The notes beneath the pieces are model-generated. The model made no database searches. It was not told where the DNA came from and worked only from the letters and a program-made list of their open reading frames with translations. Made by a program: the position numbers and the translations under genes. Positions 9,021-17,275 of a stretch of 64,000 nucleotides of DNA are shown one piece after another. Source of the stretch: Sphingobacteriaceae bacterium (GTDB lineage: Bacteria; Bacteroidota; Bacteroidia; Sphingobacteriales; Sphingobacteriaceae); assembly GCA_017745075.1 (NCBI GenBank), contig JAGIAD010000001.1, forward strand, positions 702,876 through 766,875, given 5' to 3'. The stretch's first letter is position 1. Each line of letters starts with the position of its first letter.

Positions 9021-12000
9021 GTGAGAATTAAAAAACATCTTGAACCTATGAAAATAGGATTTTATGAATATATAAAAGAATATATTATCAATTTCGGTTA
9101 CCGGCCAGCAGTATGCTTGTTGGTATTATGTGGCTTTTTGTTTAACCAGGCAATGGCCAAAAGCTTTGAGCAAACGCCCGGAGAAAATAGTGTAAGCATC
9201 AAAATAGCCGAACTAAGCATATCAGATGCCCTTAGCCTTTTAGAAGAAAAAGCAGGCTTTTCGATTAATTATAACAGATCTATTTTTAATCAAAACAGTA
9301 AAATAAGCCTTGAGGTAAAAAATATGCCACTTGAGCTCATCCTCAAAAAAATACTTTCGGGAACCCGGGTAACCTACAGGTTTGCCGATACCCATACCAT
9401 ATTGCTTTACAAACTTCCTGATCCGGTAAGGCCGGGAAGAATAGCGGGGAAAGTATTTGACGAAAAAGGCGAAACCCTGCCCGGTGCATCCATAAAGATC
9501 ATAGAGACCGGTAAAGCCACACAAACCGCCAGCGATGGTAGCTTTACTTTGGTAGCCGATCCGGGTAAATACACCGTAGAAATCAGTTACATTTCTTTTA
9601 ATACACAGCGTATTAGCGATGTGGAAGTAAAAGCCGATAAAAGCACACCACTTAACATTGCCCTTAAACCAGATGCAAAAGGCCTGCAGGATGTTGTGGT
9701 AACCGCCAGTTACAAAAAAGCTTCGGTTGAAGGTTTACTGGCACGACAGAAAAATGCTTCTGAAATCAGCAACGGAATCAGTGCCGAACAGATTTCCAGA
9801 ACACCCGATAAAAACATAGGCGAAAGTTTAAAACGCATTAGCGGGGTAAGCTCGGTAGATAATAAAATGGTTTTGGTACGCGGAATAGGCGAACGTTACA
9901 ATACCGCCCAGCTGGATGGAATTACCCTGCCCAGTACCGAAGCACAAACCCGTAACTTCTCCTTTGATTTAATTCCATCAAGTTTGGTTGATAACGTGGT
10001 AGTAAGTAAAACGGTTACCCCCGATATGAACAGCAGTTTTGGCGGTGGTTTAATACAGATCAATACCAAAGATATACCTACCGAAAACTTCATGAGTTTT
10101 ACAGCAGGTGCCTCCTATAACGACCAGAGTACCGGTAAAGAATTTTTAAGCCATAAACGTGGTAAATATGATTATTTCGGTTTTGATGACGGCCGCAGGA
10201 AATTTCCGGGCGGTTTAGAGCATACCGAGCGTACTACAGCGCCCAACAATACCCTTACAGATCAACAGTATCAGCAAAAGCTGATTGCCCAAAGTCAGAA
10301 ATTTACCAATGATAATTTTACGATGTACAAATATAAAACTGCCCCATCTCAAAATTATCAGTTTACACTGGGTAGAATAATCGGGATTGATACTACGAAT
10401 AATAAAAAACTGGGTTTTACGACATCGTTAAGTTATCGTAACAATCAGAACATTAACACCATTGAGCAGCAAATAAGAGGCGATTGGAATGTTAATACTC
10501 CAAACTCTGGCGCGAAATACCTGTTCAACACTACCTTAGCCGCCATGCTCAATGTGGGTTTACAACTTGATAAAAACAGGTTTAGTTTCCGCAATACCTA
10601 TACGCACATTTTTAATAACGATTTGGTAAGAACTATAGGCTATGATGTTGATAATGGATTCGAATTCTTTACCAAAGGGATAAAACCAAACGCCATTGTA
10701 GAAGCAGACGATCCTACCTATACCGATCTGCTACAGAATAAACTTAACGGACAGCACCAGGCTGGCAAAGTAAAACTGGAATGGAATTTATCACGCACCT
10801 CGATAGACCGTAGAGAGAAAGACCTGAGTATTGCTACCCAGAGCTTGCAGCGATTTGGTAACGAGTACGAATATTTTTATCAGGCAAGCGCACAAAGGGA
10901 GGGTTATATTAAACCCACTTCGCGGCATAACTACAGTAATAATGAACACCATTTTGCCTGGAATGGCGATGCCAGCATGCCTTTTAAAATTGGTGCGTTA
11001 AATAACACGATAAAAACGGGTTATTTTGGCATACACAAAGAAGGAGCATTAACCTGGGAAATAGCGTCGCTTGTTCGCGGCGCAACAATCCCCGATAGCC
11101 TGAGGTACATCCCTATCGGCCAAATGATTGATCCAGCCAAAGTTGGCAATAATGGCTACAATTACTTTATTAACCCTTATTTTTTAAACGGCTATAAAGG
11201 AAAAAGTATTACCCAGGCAGGCTATGTGATGCTCGACAACCGCCTTGCAGAAAAATTACGCCTGGTTTGGGGAGTAAGAGCCGAATATTACAAATACACT
11301 GAGCTTCGTAATGACCTGAATGTTAGAGGCATAAGCAGCTTTGTACTCCCTGAAGAAAAAAAATGGCGCTGGTTGCCATCAGCTAACCTTACGTATAGCC
11401 CGGCAAAAGAAATTAACATCAGAGCAGCTTTTTCAAACGCTGTAGTAAGACCCGAATTAATGGATAATAGCCAGTTTTTCAGGTACGACCCGATGTTCGA
11501 TGCCCAGTTTGGCAACGAAGGTTTAGCCAGTACACAGATTAAAAATTACGACCTTAAAGTAGAATGGTTTCCGGGTCTGGGCGAAATTATCTCGGCAAGT
11601 GCCTTTTATAAAAAGTTCGATCAACCGGTTGAAGTAGTTTTCAGTACCTCAAACGGGGGTGGTTTTTATTACATTAAAAACTCTGATGAAGCCAAAGTTT
11701 ATGGATTGGAACTGGAGTTAAGAAAAAACCTGGGATTTCTTACCAGTAATACCCTGTTATCGCGATTAACGCTTTATAGCAACCTCACCCTGCAAACAGC
11801 CAATGTTATTGGAACTTATGAAGCTACGGGTGCCAATGGAGAGAGCATTACGGTAAGCTCCAAGGCCAAAAGAAACATGTATGGACAGGCACCTTACCTT
11901 ATTAATGCCGGCCTACAATATTTAGATGAACACTTTGGTTTTAATGTGGCTTATAATAAATCGGGCCGCAAAACAACATTGGTTAGTCCGGAACTGAATA

Positions 12001-12293
12001 ACATCGAATATGAAAACCCACGCGATCAGATTGATGCACAGATCAGTTATAAATTTTATAAAAACAGGTTCGAAGTAAAGTTAAACGCAGGTAATTTACT
12101 CAATAAAGCCTCATTGATTTACAGAAATACTGCAAGTTATGAAGCCAATCCAGATTACCAGCCGGGTTCTGATTACAGCAATAAATCGCGCTTAAAGCCT
12201 GGTTTTACCAATAATCTGGAAGATGGAGACCAAATCATGTTTTCGCAAAAATTTGGCCGTACCTACAGCACTTCCATTACCTATAATTTTTAA
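9021..12293 (+). CDS. TonB-dependent receptor/transducer with N-terminal STN signalling domain and carboxypeptidase-regulatory-like domain
   Basis: STN-type segment (ISDALSLLEEKAGFSINYN..MPLELILKKIL), CarbopepD_reg-like segment (GKVFDEKGETLPGASIKIIETGK), plug and barrel, and a C-terminal aromatic residue (SITYNF). The start could be GTG 9021 or ATG 9048. Confidence 0.9.
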   Translation: MRIKKHLEPMKIGFYEYIKEYIINFGYRPAVCLLVLCGFLFNQAMAKSFEQTPGENSVSIKIAELSISDALSLLEEKAGFSINYNRSIFNQNSKISLEVKNMPLELILKKILSGTRVTYRFADTHTILLYKLPDPVRPGRIAGKVFDEKGETLPGASIKIIETGKATQTASDGSFTLVADPGKYTVEISYISFNTQRISDVEVKADKSTPLNIALKPDAKGLQDVVVTASYKKASVEGLLARQKNASEISNGISAEQISRTPDKNIGESLKRISGVSSVDNKMVLVRGIGERYNTAQLDGITLPSTEAQTRNFSFDLIPSSLVDNVVVSKTVTPDMNSSFGGGLIQINTKDIPTENFMSFTAGASYNDQSTGKEFLSHKRGKYDYFGFDDGRRKFPGGLEHTERTTAPNNTLTDQQYQQKLIAQSQKFTNDNFTMYKYKTAPSQNYQFTLGRIIGIDTTNNKKLGFTTSLSYRNNQNINTIEQQIRGDWNVNTPNSGAKYLFNTTLAAMLNVGLQLDKNRFSFRNTYTHIFNNDLVRTIGYDVDNGFEFFTKGIKPNAIVEADDPTYTDLLQNKLNGQHQAGKVKLEWNLSRTSIDRREKDLSIATQSLQRFGNEYEYFYQASAQREGYIKPTSRHNYSNNEHHFAWNGDASMPFKIGALNNTIKTGYFGIHKEGALTWEIASLVRGATIPDSLRYIPIGQMIDPAKVGNNGYNYFINPYFLNGYKGKSITQAGYVMLDNRLAEKLRLVWGVRAEYYKYTELRNDLNVRGISSFVLPEEKKWRWLPSANLTYSPAKEINIRAAFSNAVVRPELMDNSQFFRYDPMFDAQFGNEGLASTQIKNYDLKVEWFPGLGEIISASAFYKKFDQPVEVVFSTSNGGGFYYIKNSDEAKVYGLELELRKNLGFLTSNTLLSRLTLYSNLTLQTANVIGTYEATGANGESITVSSKAKRNMYGQAPYLINAGLQYLDEHFGFNVAYNKSGRKTTLVSPELNNIEYENPRDQIDAQISYKFYKNRFEVKLNAGNLLNKASLIYRNTASYEANPDYQPGSDYSNKSRLKPGFTNNLEDGDQIMFSQKFGRTYSTSITYNF

Positions 12294-12374
12294 AATGACC
12301 ATGAAAAACAGTTCAAATAAGGTTACACCATTTAGCAAGAAAGGAGGAAAATTATTTCCTGCATAGCCATAAAA

Positions 12375-12405
12375 AAACGAAAGGTTGTACCAGAACCCTT
12401 CGTTT
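12375..12405. terminator. Hairpin downstream of the TonB-dependent transducer gene
   Basis: AAACGAAAGG ttgtaccagaa CCCTTCGTTT forms a 10-bp stem with one mismatch. It is flanked by an A7 run on the left and TTT on the right, so it may act bidirectionally. Confidence 0.45.
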
Positions 12406-12672
12406 AAACCGATCATTTCTAGCAGAACGGCCTATCAGGATAAACCTGAAATATTTTAAAATATACTGTTAAAAACCCAGGGTAGCTAACAGGCTTACTT
12501 AGTTAAATTGATTATGAATTACTAAGATATAAAAAAACATAACATTTAGGTATAAACATGCTTTTATTTCCTTAAAAAACACTGGATAATTGGCCAGTTT
12601 ACCTGAATGACCTTGAAAAAATCAACCTGAAAAAACATGGATCATACCTATAAGATCCTATGAAAACAAAAA

Positions 12673-13980
12673 ATGAAAATGAAAAATTTCAAAAACTTAA
12701 TCGGTCTTTTATCAATTGTTGCTGTTTCATTTACAGCTTGTAAGAAAAACGAAGGTGGTGCTGATACATTCGGTAACCGCAGCACTTCAGCAGCAGATTA
12801 TTCGCAATCATCATTGCCAGTTGTGGCTGTTAGCGGAGACATTACCAGCTCTGTTACCTGGACAGCAGGAAACGTTTATGAATTAAGCGGTGTAGTAACC
12901 GTTAGAAACGGTGCAACTTTAACCATCCAGGCCGGTACTTACATTAAAGCTTCTGTAAATACACCTGGTGTACAAAATGGCGTATTGGTTATTGCTAAAG
13001 ATGGTACTATTAATGCTGTTGGTACAGCTGCTGATCCGATTGTATTTACCAGCCGTTACCTTTTAGATGGTGATGCCAGCACAACCGGTAAACCAGGCGA
13101 TTTAGGTGGTTTAATTGTTTTAGGTAATGCTAAAATCAACGTTGGTGATAAACTGATTGAAGGTTTAGCTGACCAGCCTCAGTTCCATTATGGTGGTTCT
13201 AATGATGCTGATAACCGTGGTACTTTACAGTATGTACGTATCGAATATGCAGGTTTCCAACTGGCTCCGAACGTTGAGGTTAACGGTTTAACTTTAGGCG
13301 GTGTGGGTAGCGGTACTACTATCGACCACGTACAGGTTTCTTACGGTTTAGATGACGGATTCGAATTTTTTGGTGGTACAGTTAGCCCAAGCAATTTAAT
13401 TGCTTTAGCTTCTGATGATGATCAGTTTGATTTCGACAATGGTTTTACCGGAACATTAACTGATGCAGTAGCCATTGCTGATAAAAATTCTACACACAGC
13501 ACAAGTGGCGGTAACAGCGATTCTAACGGTATAGAATCGGATAACAATGCTCCAGCTGAAGATGCAACCTTTAGCTTAACACCTAAAACACACCCTACTT
13601 TAATTAACGTAAGCGTTTTCGGAACTGAAAACACCAGTGGTATCGCAGGTTTAGGTTACCGTAATGGTATCCGCGAACGCAGAGGTTCTGAGGTTGATTT
13701 AATTGATGTAATCGTATCAGGTTATAACACTGGTATAGCTTTCGATGCCGATGCTCCTGCTGGTGTTTCGTCTATTAGCACTACATCTGTTCATGGTTTC
13801 GTAAACTCGATCACTACAGCGTCTGGTACTTACGTTGATGGTGGTGGTAACTCATTGGTTGTTAACGCGAGCAACGCAAGTGCTTTTGGTGTTAGCCAAC
13901 CATGGTACAATACACCAGGTTCGCCAGCTACAGTTACTTTACCAAGCTGGGCAGCTGGTTGGTCAAAACTTGTATTCTAA
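12673..13980 (+). CDS. Lipoprotein, predicted right-handed beta-helix-like, unknown function
   Basis: Lipobox AVSFTACKKN. Repetitive G/T/V-rich strands (YVRIEYAG..NGLTLGGVGSGTTIDHVQVSYGLDDGFEFFGGTV). It resembles the lipoprotein at 29601-30860, which also follows a TonB receptor gene. Confidence 0.7.
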   Translation: MKMKNFKNLIGLLSIVAVSFTACKKNEGGADTFGNRSTSAADYSQSSLPVVAVSGDITSSVTWTAGNVYELSGVVTVRNGATLTIQAGTYIKASVNTPGVQNGVLVIAKDGTINAVGTAADPIVFTSRYLLDGDASTTGKPGDLGGLIVLGNAKINVGDKLIEGLADQPQFHYGGSNDADNRGTLQYVRIEYAGFQLAPNVEVNGLTLGGVGSGTTIDHVQVSYGLDDGFEFFGGTVSPSNLIALASDDDQFDFDNGFTGTLTDAVAIADKNSTHSTSGGNSDSNGIESDNNAPAEDATFSLTPKTHPTLINVSVFGTENTSGIAGLGYRNGIRERRGSEVDLIDVIVSGYNTGIAFDADAPAGVSSISTTSVHGFVNSITTASGTYVDGGGNSLVVNASNASAFGVSQPWYNTPGSPATVTLPSWAAGWSKLVF

Positions 13981-14000
13981 TTTTTTCTCTCTTAACAGAA

Positions 14001-14036
14001 AGAGGCTATACCCTAAGGGTATGGTCTCTTTATTAT
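14001..14036 (+). terminator. Rho-independent terminator candidate
   Basis: AGAGGCTATACCC taa GGGTATGGTCTCT forms a 13-bp stem including two G-U pairs and is followed by TTATTAT. It lies 21 nt after the stop codon. Confidence 0.6.
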
Positions 14037-14076
14037 AAAAAACACAAAGCTGTTTTTCATTGTAATTACCCTTTAT

Positions 14077-15177
14077 ATGAAACAAATTTTTTTTACCCTT
14101 TTCTTAATTTCTGCCATAACAATTTTAAGTTCATCTTGTCGCAAAGCAGAACTTCTTCAGCCGGAAACAGCTAAAGTTGTCCAGTTAAACATTACCGGCA
14201 CCACTGATGTTGATCTGGAATACCTGTATAAAGACAGTATTATAGCCATTACCAAGGCAGGTACAGGTGGCATTGGTGTAAAAACCCTTCTTGCCGTAAA
14301 AGATCAGAACTCCATCTTAAAAATCAGAAATAAGGCAACTGCCGAAATATTATTGACCAAAACAATTACTGCAGCACCATTTGATCAAAACATCAGTGTT
14401 TTTTACGATGGTAAAAAAATATATAATAATGCCATTTCATTGCAGTTTAAGGGTTATGCCCTATCCGGCGAACTCGAGTTCTTATTAGATGGAAATTTAT
14501 TATTTTCAGCAACAGGCGCTGTAAATAAACCATATTCTATCCTTATTGACAAAGGTACCACGAGAGAAATTTCTATCAGAAAAAAAGGTGAAACAGCCAT
14601 TTTATTAACCAAAACAATCGAATCGACCATAGTCCAACAAAATATCGGTTACTTTTTTGACGGCACTAAATTAATAGATAATGTAAAACTAGATCCACCT
14701 GCCAACGCTGCCAATATGATGCTAACTGCCAAATTCGAAACAACTTTCCCCAATCAGTTTAAAAATGTAGATGTAGAGCTTGTTTTTTATACCAGGCTTA
14801 AAACCGCATCAAACACAACTGTTGGTTCAAAAGTATCGCCCGAAATCAGATTTACCCTACCTAAAAATGGCTCTTTCAATTCGATAGAACTCCCTCCCTT
14901 GCCAGGCCCGAATTATATTTACAGCTTTGATATAGTAGAAAAAGGCACCAGTAACGAGCCTTATACTTCAGGCTCTCCATTAGTATTGGCAGGCTATACA
15001 CTTAAACCCAATGAAGGCCGGATTACGAGTGCATTTGCAGATAACGGAATTAATTTTGAAGCCGGAAAATCAAAATTATTTGTAATTAATGATGCCAGAA
15101 CTATAGTTACTTCGCCGGCAAAAAACGTTTATGTATCAGGAGGAAGACTAACCGATCTTTCACAGTACTTCCAATAA
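14077..15177 (+). CDS. Lipoprotein of unknown function with internal domain duplication
   Basis: Lipobox ILSSSCRKAE. Two related segments: LKIRNKATAEILLTKTITAAPFDQNISVFYDGKKIYNN and ISIRKKGETAILLTKTIESTIVQQNIGYFFDGTKLIDN. Confidence 0.7.
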   Translation: MKQIFFTLFLISAITILSSSCRKAELLQPETAKVVQLNITGTTDVDLEYLYKDSIIAITKAGTGGIGVKTLLAVKDQNSILKIRNKATAEILLTKTITAAPFDQNISVFYDGKKIYNNAISLQFKGYALSGELEFLLDGNLLFSATGAVNKPYSILIDKGTTREISIRKKGETAILLTKTIESTIVQQNIGYFFDGTKLIDNVKLDPPANAANMMLTAKFETTFPNQFKNVDVELVFYTRLKTASNTTVGSKVSPEIRFTLPKNGSFNSIELPPLPGPNYIYSFDIVEKGTSNEPYTSGSPLVLAGYTLKPNEGRITSAFADNGINFEAGKSKLFVINDARTIVTSPAKNVYVSGGRLTDLSQYFQ

Positions 15178-15201
15178 GATTTACATTTATTAAACGGAAA
15201 T

Positions 15202-15246
15202 AAGGGAAAACCAAAGCACACTGCAACAGGTATTCCCCTTTTTCCT
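15202..15246 (+). terminator. Terminator candidate after lipoprotein gene
   Basis: AAGGGAAAACC ...15 nt... GGTATTCCCCTT is an imperfect stem followed by TTTTTCCTTTG. Confidence 0.45.
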
Positions 15247-15322
15247 TTGTTATAATCTTGCCTGAAACGTGCTTATTTGCTGATCTTTCTATAAAACCTG
15301 GTTATTTTTATGATTTGGCTTC

Positions 15323-16279
15323 CTAGCCATCAATAGCCCGTATCAAATTCGTTATCAAACGTTTAAACCCGGCATAACGCATTAACCAACGGAAAGAAAC
15401 AATACCCAAAAATGCACAGGTTATTCCAGCCAACACATCAAGCATATAATGATGGCTGGTATAAACAGCCGAAAACCAGATCCCGAGCATTACGGTAAAA
15501 AAGAAAATATTAATTTTCCCTAAGCGGTTTTTCAGACCATAATAAACCACAATAACGGGATATGAGGAGTGCAACGATGGCATGGCGGCAAATACGTTAG
15601 AACCTTTGCTGTATATGCCATGAAAAAGCGTAATGCCAAAATAATGGTCGAAACGGGCCAATCCGGCAGTATTACCAGCTGTTTTGGCAATAAATTCGAA
15701 GCCATGTTCCTGTACATACCATGGCGGCGCGGCCGGGAAAGCATAGTACACCACAAAGCCCAATAAATTTACCCAAACAAAAGTGAGCGAAAACTGAACA
15801 AACTGTTCTTTATTCTTAAAGAAAAGGTATGTAGCAAATGCCAAAGGAACAGGCACCCACATTAAATAGAAAAAACCTGTTAATACATCTAAAAATGCAG
15901 TACTATTGATCTTCCAATACTCATTCGGGGTGAGTATTAGTCCATGATAATGAACACCAAACAACTCTTTTTCAATCGTATACAGATCTTTAATATGCAC
16001 CTGATTAAAAAGATAATTTGGAAAGGCTTTCATATAATCAAACAGTATCCAGTATACGATAAAGATTGAAAAACCAAGGATAAAGCGTCTTGTTCCCTTT
16101 GAGATAAAGAACAAAGTATTAAAGATAAAAATCAGTACCAGCTGATCGGTTTTAAAACCGACCAGTAATACTGATAACAATAGATATCCAACAGATATAG
16201 CAACTGTTAGATAAATATTCCTGATATTATAAAAACTGTCTTTAAGCAATAATTCTTGCTGCATGTTATTTTTTATCAA
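15323..16279 (-). CDS. PAP2_3 / AUR1-like phosphotransferase (candidate inositol-phosphorylceramide synthase)
   Basis: Polytopic membrane protein with PAP2-type motifs PSLHSSYP and SHHYMLDVLAG. It is the last gene of the lipid operon. The start is ATG 16279 or ATG 16264, the latter 1 nt after the upstream stop. Confidence 0.7.
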   Translation of the reverse strand: MIKNNMQQELLLKDSFYNIRNIYLTVAISVGYLLLSVLLVGFKTDQLVLIFIFNTLFFISKGTRRFILGFSIFIVYWILFDYMKAFPNYLFNQVHIKDLYTIEKELFGVHYHGLILTPNEYWKINSTAFLDVLTGFFYLMWVPVPLAFATYLFFKNKEQFVQFSLTFVWVNLLGFVVYYAFPAAPPWYVQEHGFEFIAKTAGNTAGLARFDHYFGITLFHGIYSKGSNVFAAMPSLHSSYPVIVVYYGLKNRLGKINIFFFTVMLGIWFSAVYTSHHYMLDVLAGITCAFLGIVSFRWLMRYAGFKRLITNLIRAIDG

Positions 16280-16886
16280 AATTAGACCTAAAAATATGGT
16301 CCCAAAAAGTCCAGCTTACCCCATAACCTTTAGTCGAATCGGAATAGTGGTGAAGCATATGGTGTTGCTTTAGCCGTTTCCAGAAACCGCTTTTAAAATT
16401 AGCATGGTGAAGTGCATAATGCACCATATCGTAAAACAGGTAACCGATTATGAAGCCCGAGAAAAATGGATAAACCATTGTATCAGGCAACAACCAATCA
16501 AAAAGGAAATAAAACCCCAAAGCCATAGGGATACTGGCCGAGGGTGGCATAACCAATCTTTTGGCATCATTAGGATAATCGTGGTGTACTCCATGAAAAA
16601 TAAAGTGGATTCTTTTGCCCCACTCTACATCCGGTTCAAAATGAAAAACATAACGGTGCAGCACATACTCGGTAATGGTCCAAATACCTAGACCGAGTAA
16701 AAACCATCCCGCAAAATTTAAAACCGGCATTTCGGTTACCCAAAGTGCTTTCCAGAAAAGAAAAACGATAACCGGAACATACACGATCAGCGGTACATAA
16801 AATTGAACTTTTGATAAACTTTCCAAAAAGTCGTTCTTAAACATCCTCATGGATGCGGTTGAATTTGAAACAAAATTCTTTTTCAT
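16266..16886 (-). CDS. Fatty acid hydroxylase / sterol desaturase family membrane di-iron enzyme
   Basis: Histidine boxes HRYVFH, HGVHHDYPND, HYALHH and HHMLHHY. Confidence 0.85.
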   Translation of the reverse strand: MKKNFVSNSTASMRMFKNDFLESLSKVQFYVPLIVYVPVIVFLFWKALWVTEMPVLNFAGWFLLGLGIWTITEYVLHRYVFHFEPDVEWGKRIHFIFHGVHHDYPNDAKRLVMPPSASIPMALGFYFLFDWLLPDTMVYPFFSGFIIGYLFYDMVHYALHHANFKSGFWKRLKQHHMLHHYSDSTKGYGVSWTFWDHIFRSNFDKK

Positions 16887-16899
16887 TTGGTATTTTTTT

Positions 16900-17250
16900 T
16901 AACAGTCTTCGACTCCGCTCAGACTGACATTTACTCTATTCTTATTCGGTCGTCATCTCGACTGAAGCAAAGCGTAACGGAGAGATTCTTCATTGCGCTC
17001 AGCATGACAATCAATGCTCCTCCGGTCGTCATCTCGACTGGAGCAAAGCGTAATGGAGAGATCTATCTCAAGCTAGATTTAGCTTCGCTGAACACTCACG
17101 TGGTTCTCGACTCCGTTGCACTTCGCTCGAAATGACGTGTAGAAAGGACTCCGCTCAAAATTACTGATTACTGTCATCCTGAACACAGTGAAGGATCTTT
17201 AATCTATAAATTAAATCTAAAGATTCTTCGTTGCACTCAGAATGACATTT
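16900..17250. repeat. Mosaic of REP/MITE-like repeat fragments filling an intra-operon spacer
   Basis: A 40-nt direct repeat at 16947-16986 and 17023-17062 matches at 38/40. Arms 17172-17200 (TGTCATCCTGAACACAGTGAAGGATCTTT) and 17219-17247 form an inverted pair. There are further ...GCTCAG(A/C)ATGAC... fragments at about 16907-16931, 16985-17010 and 17103-17137. Confidence 0.8.
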
Positions 17251-17275
17251 AACGCCAACAGTATAACTCTCGCCG

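Noticed and set aside
12192-12416. 74-aa minus-strand ORF spanning the receptor 3' end and the hairpin
   Set aside because: It overlaps the end of the TonB-dependent receptor gene on the opposite strand, has no recognisable domain, and includes the terminator-like hairpin.
16887-17135. 82-aa ORF on the plus strand
   Set aside because: It lies wholly within REP-like repeats, and its peptide (..SSSRLKQSVTERF.., ..STGAKRNGEI..) is simply the translated repeat. It has no plausible start context.
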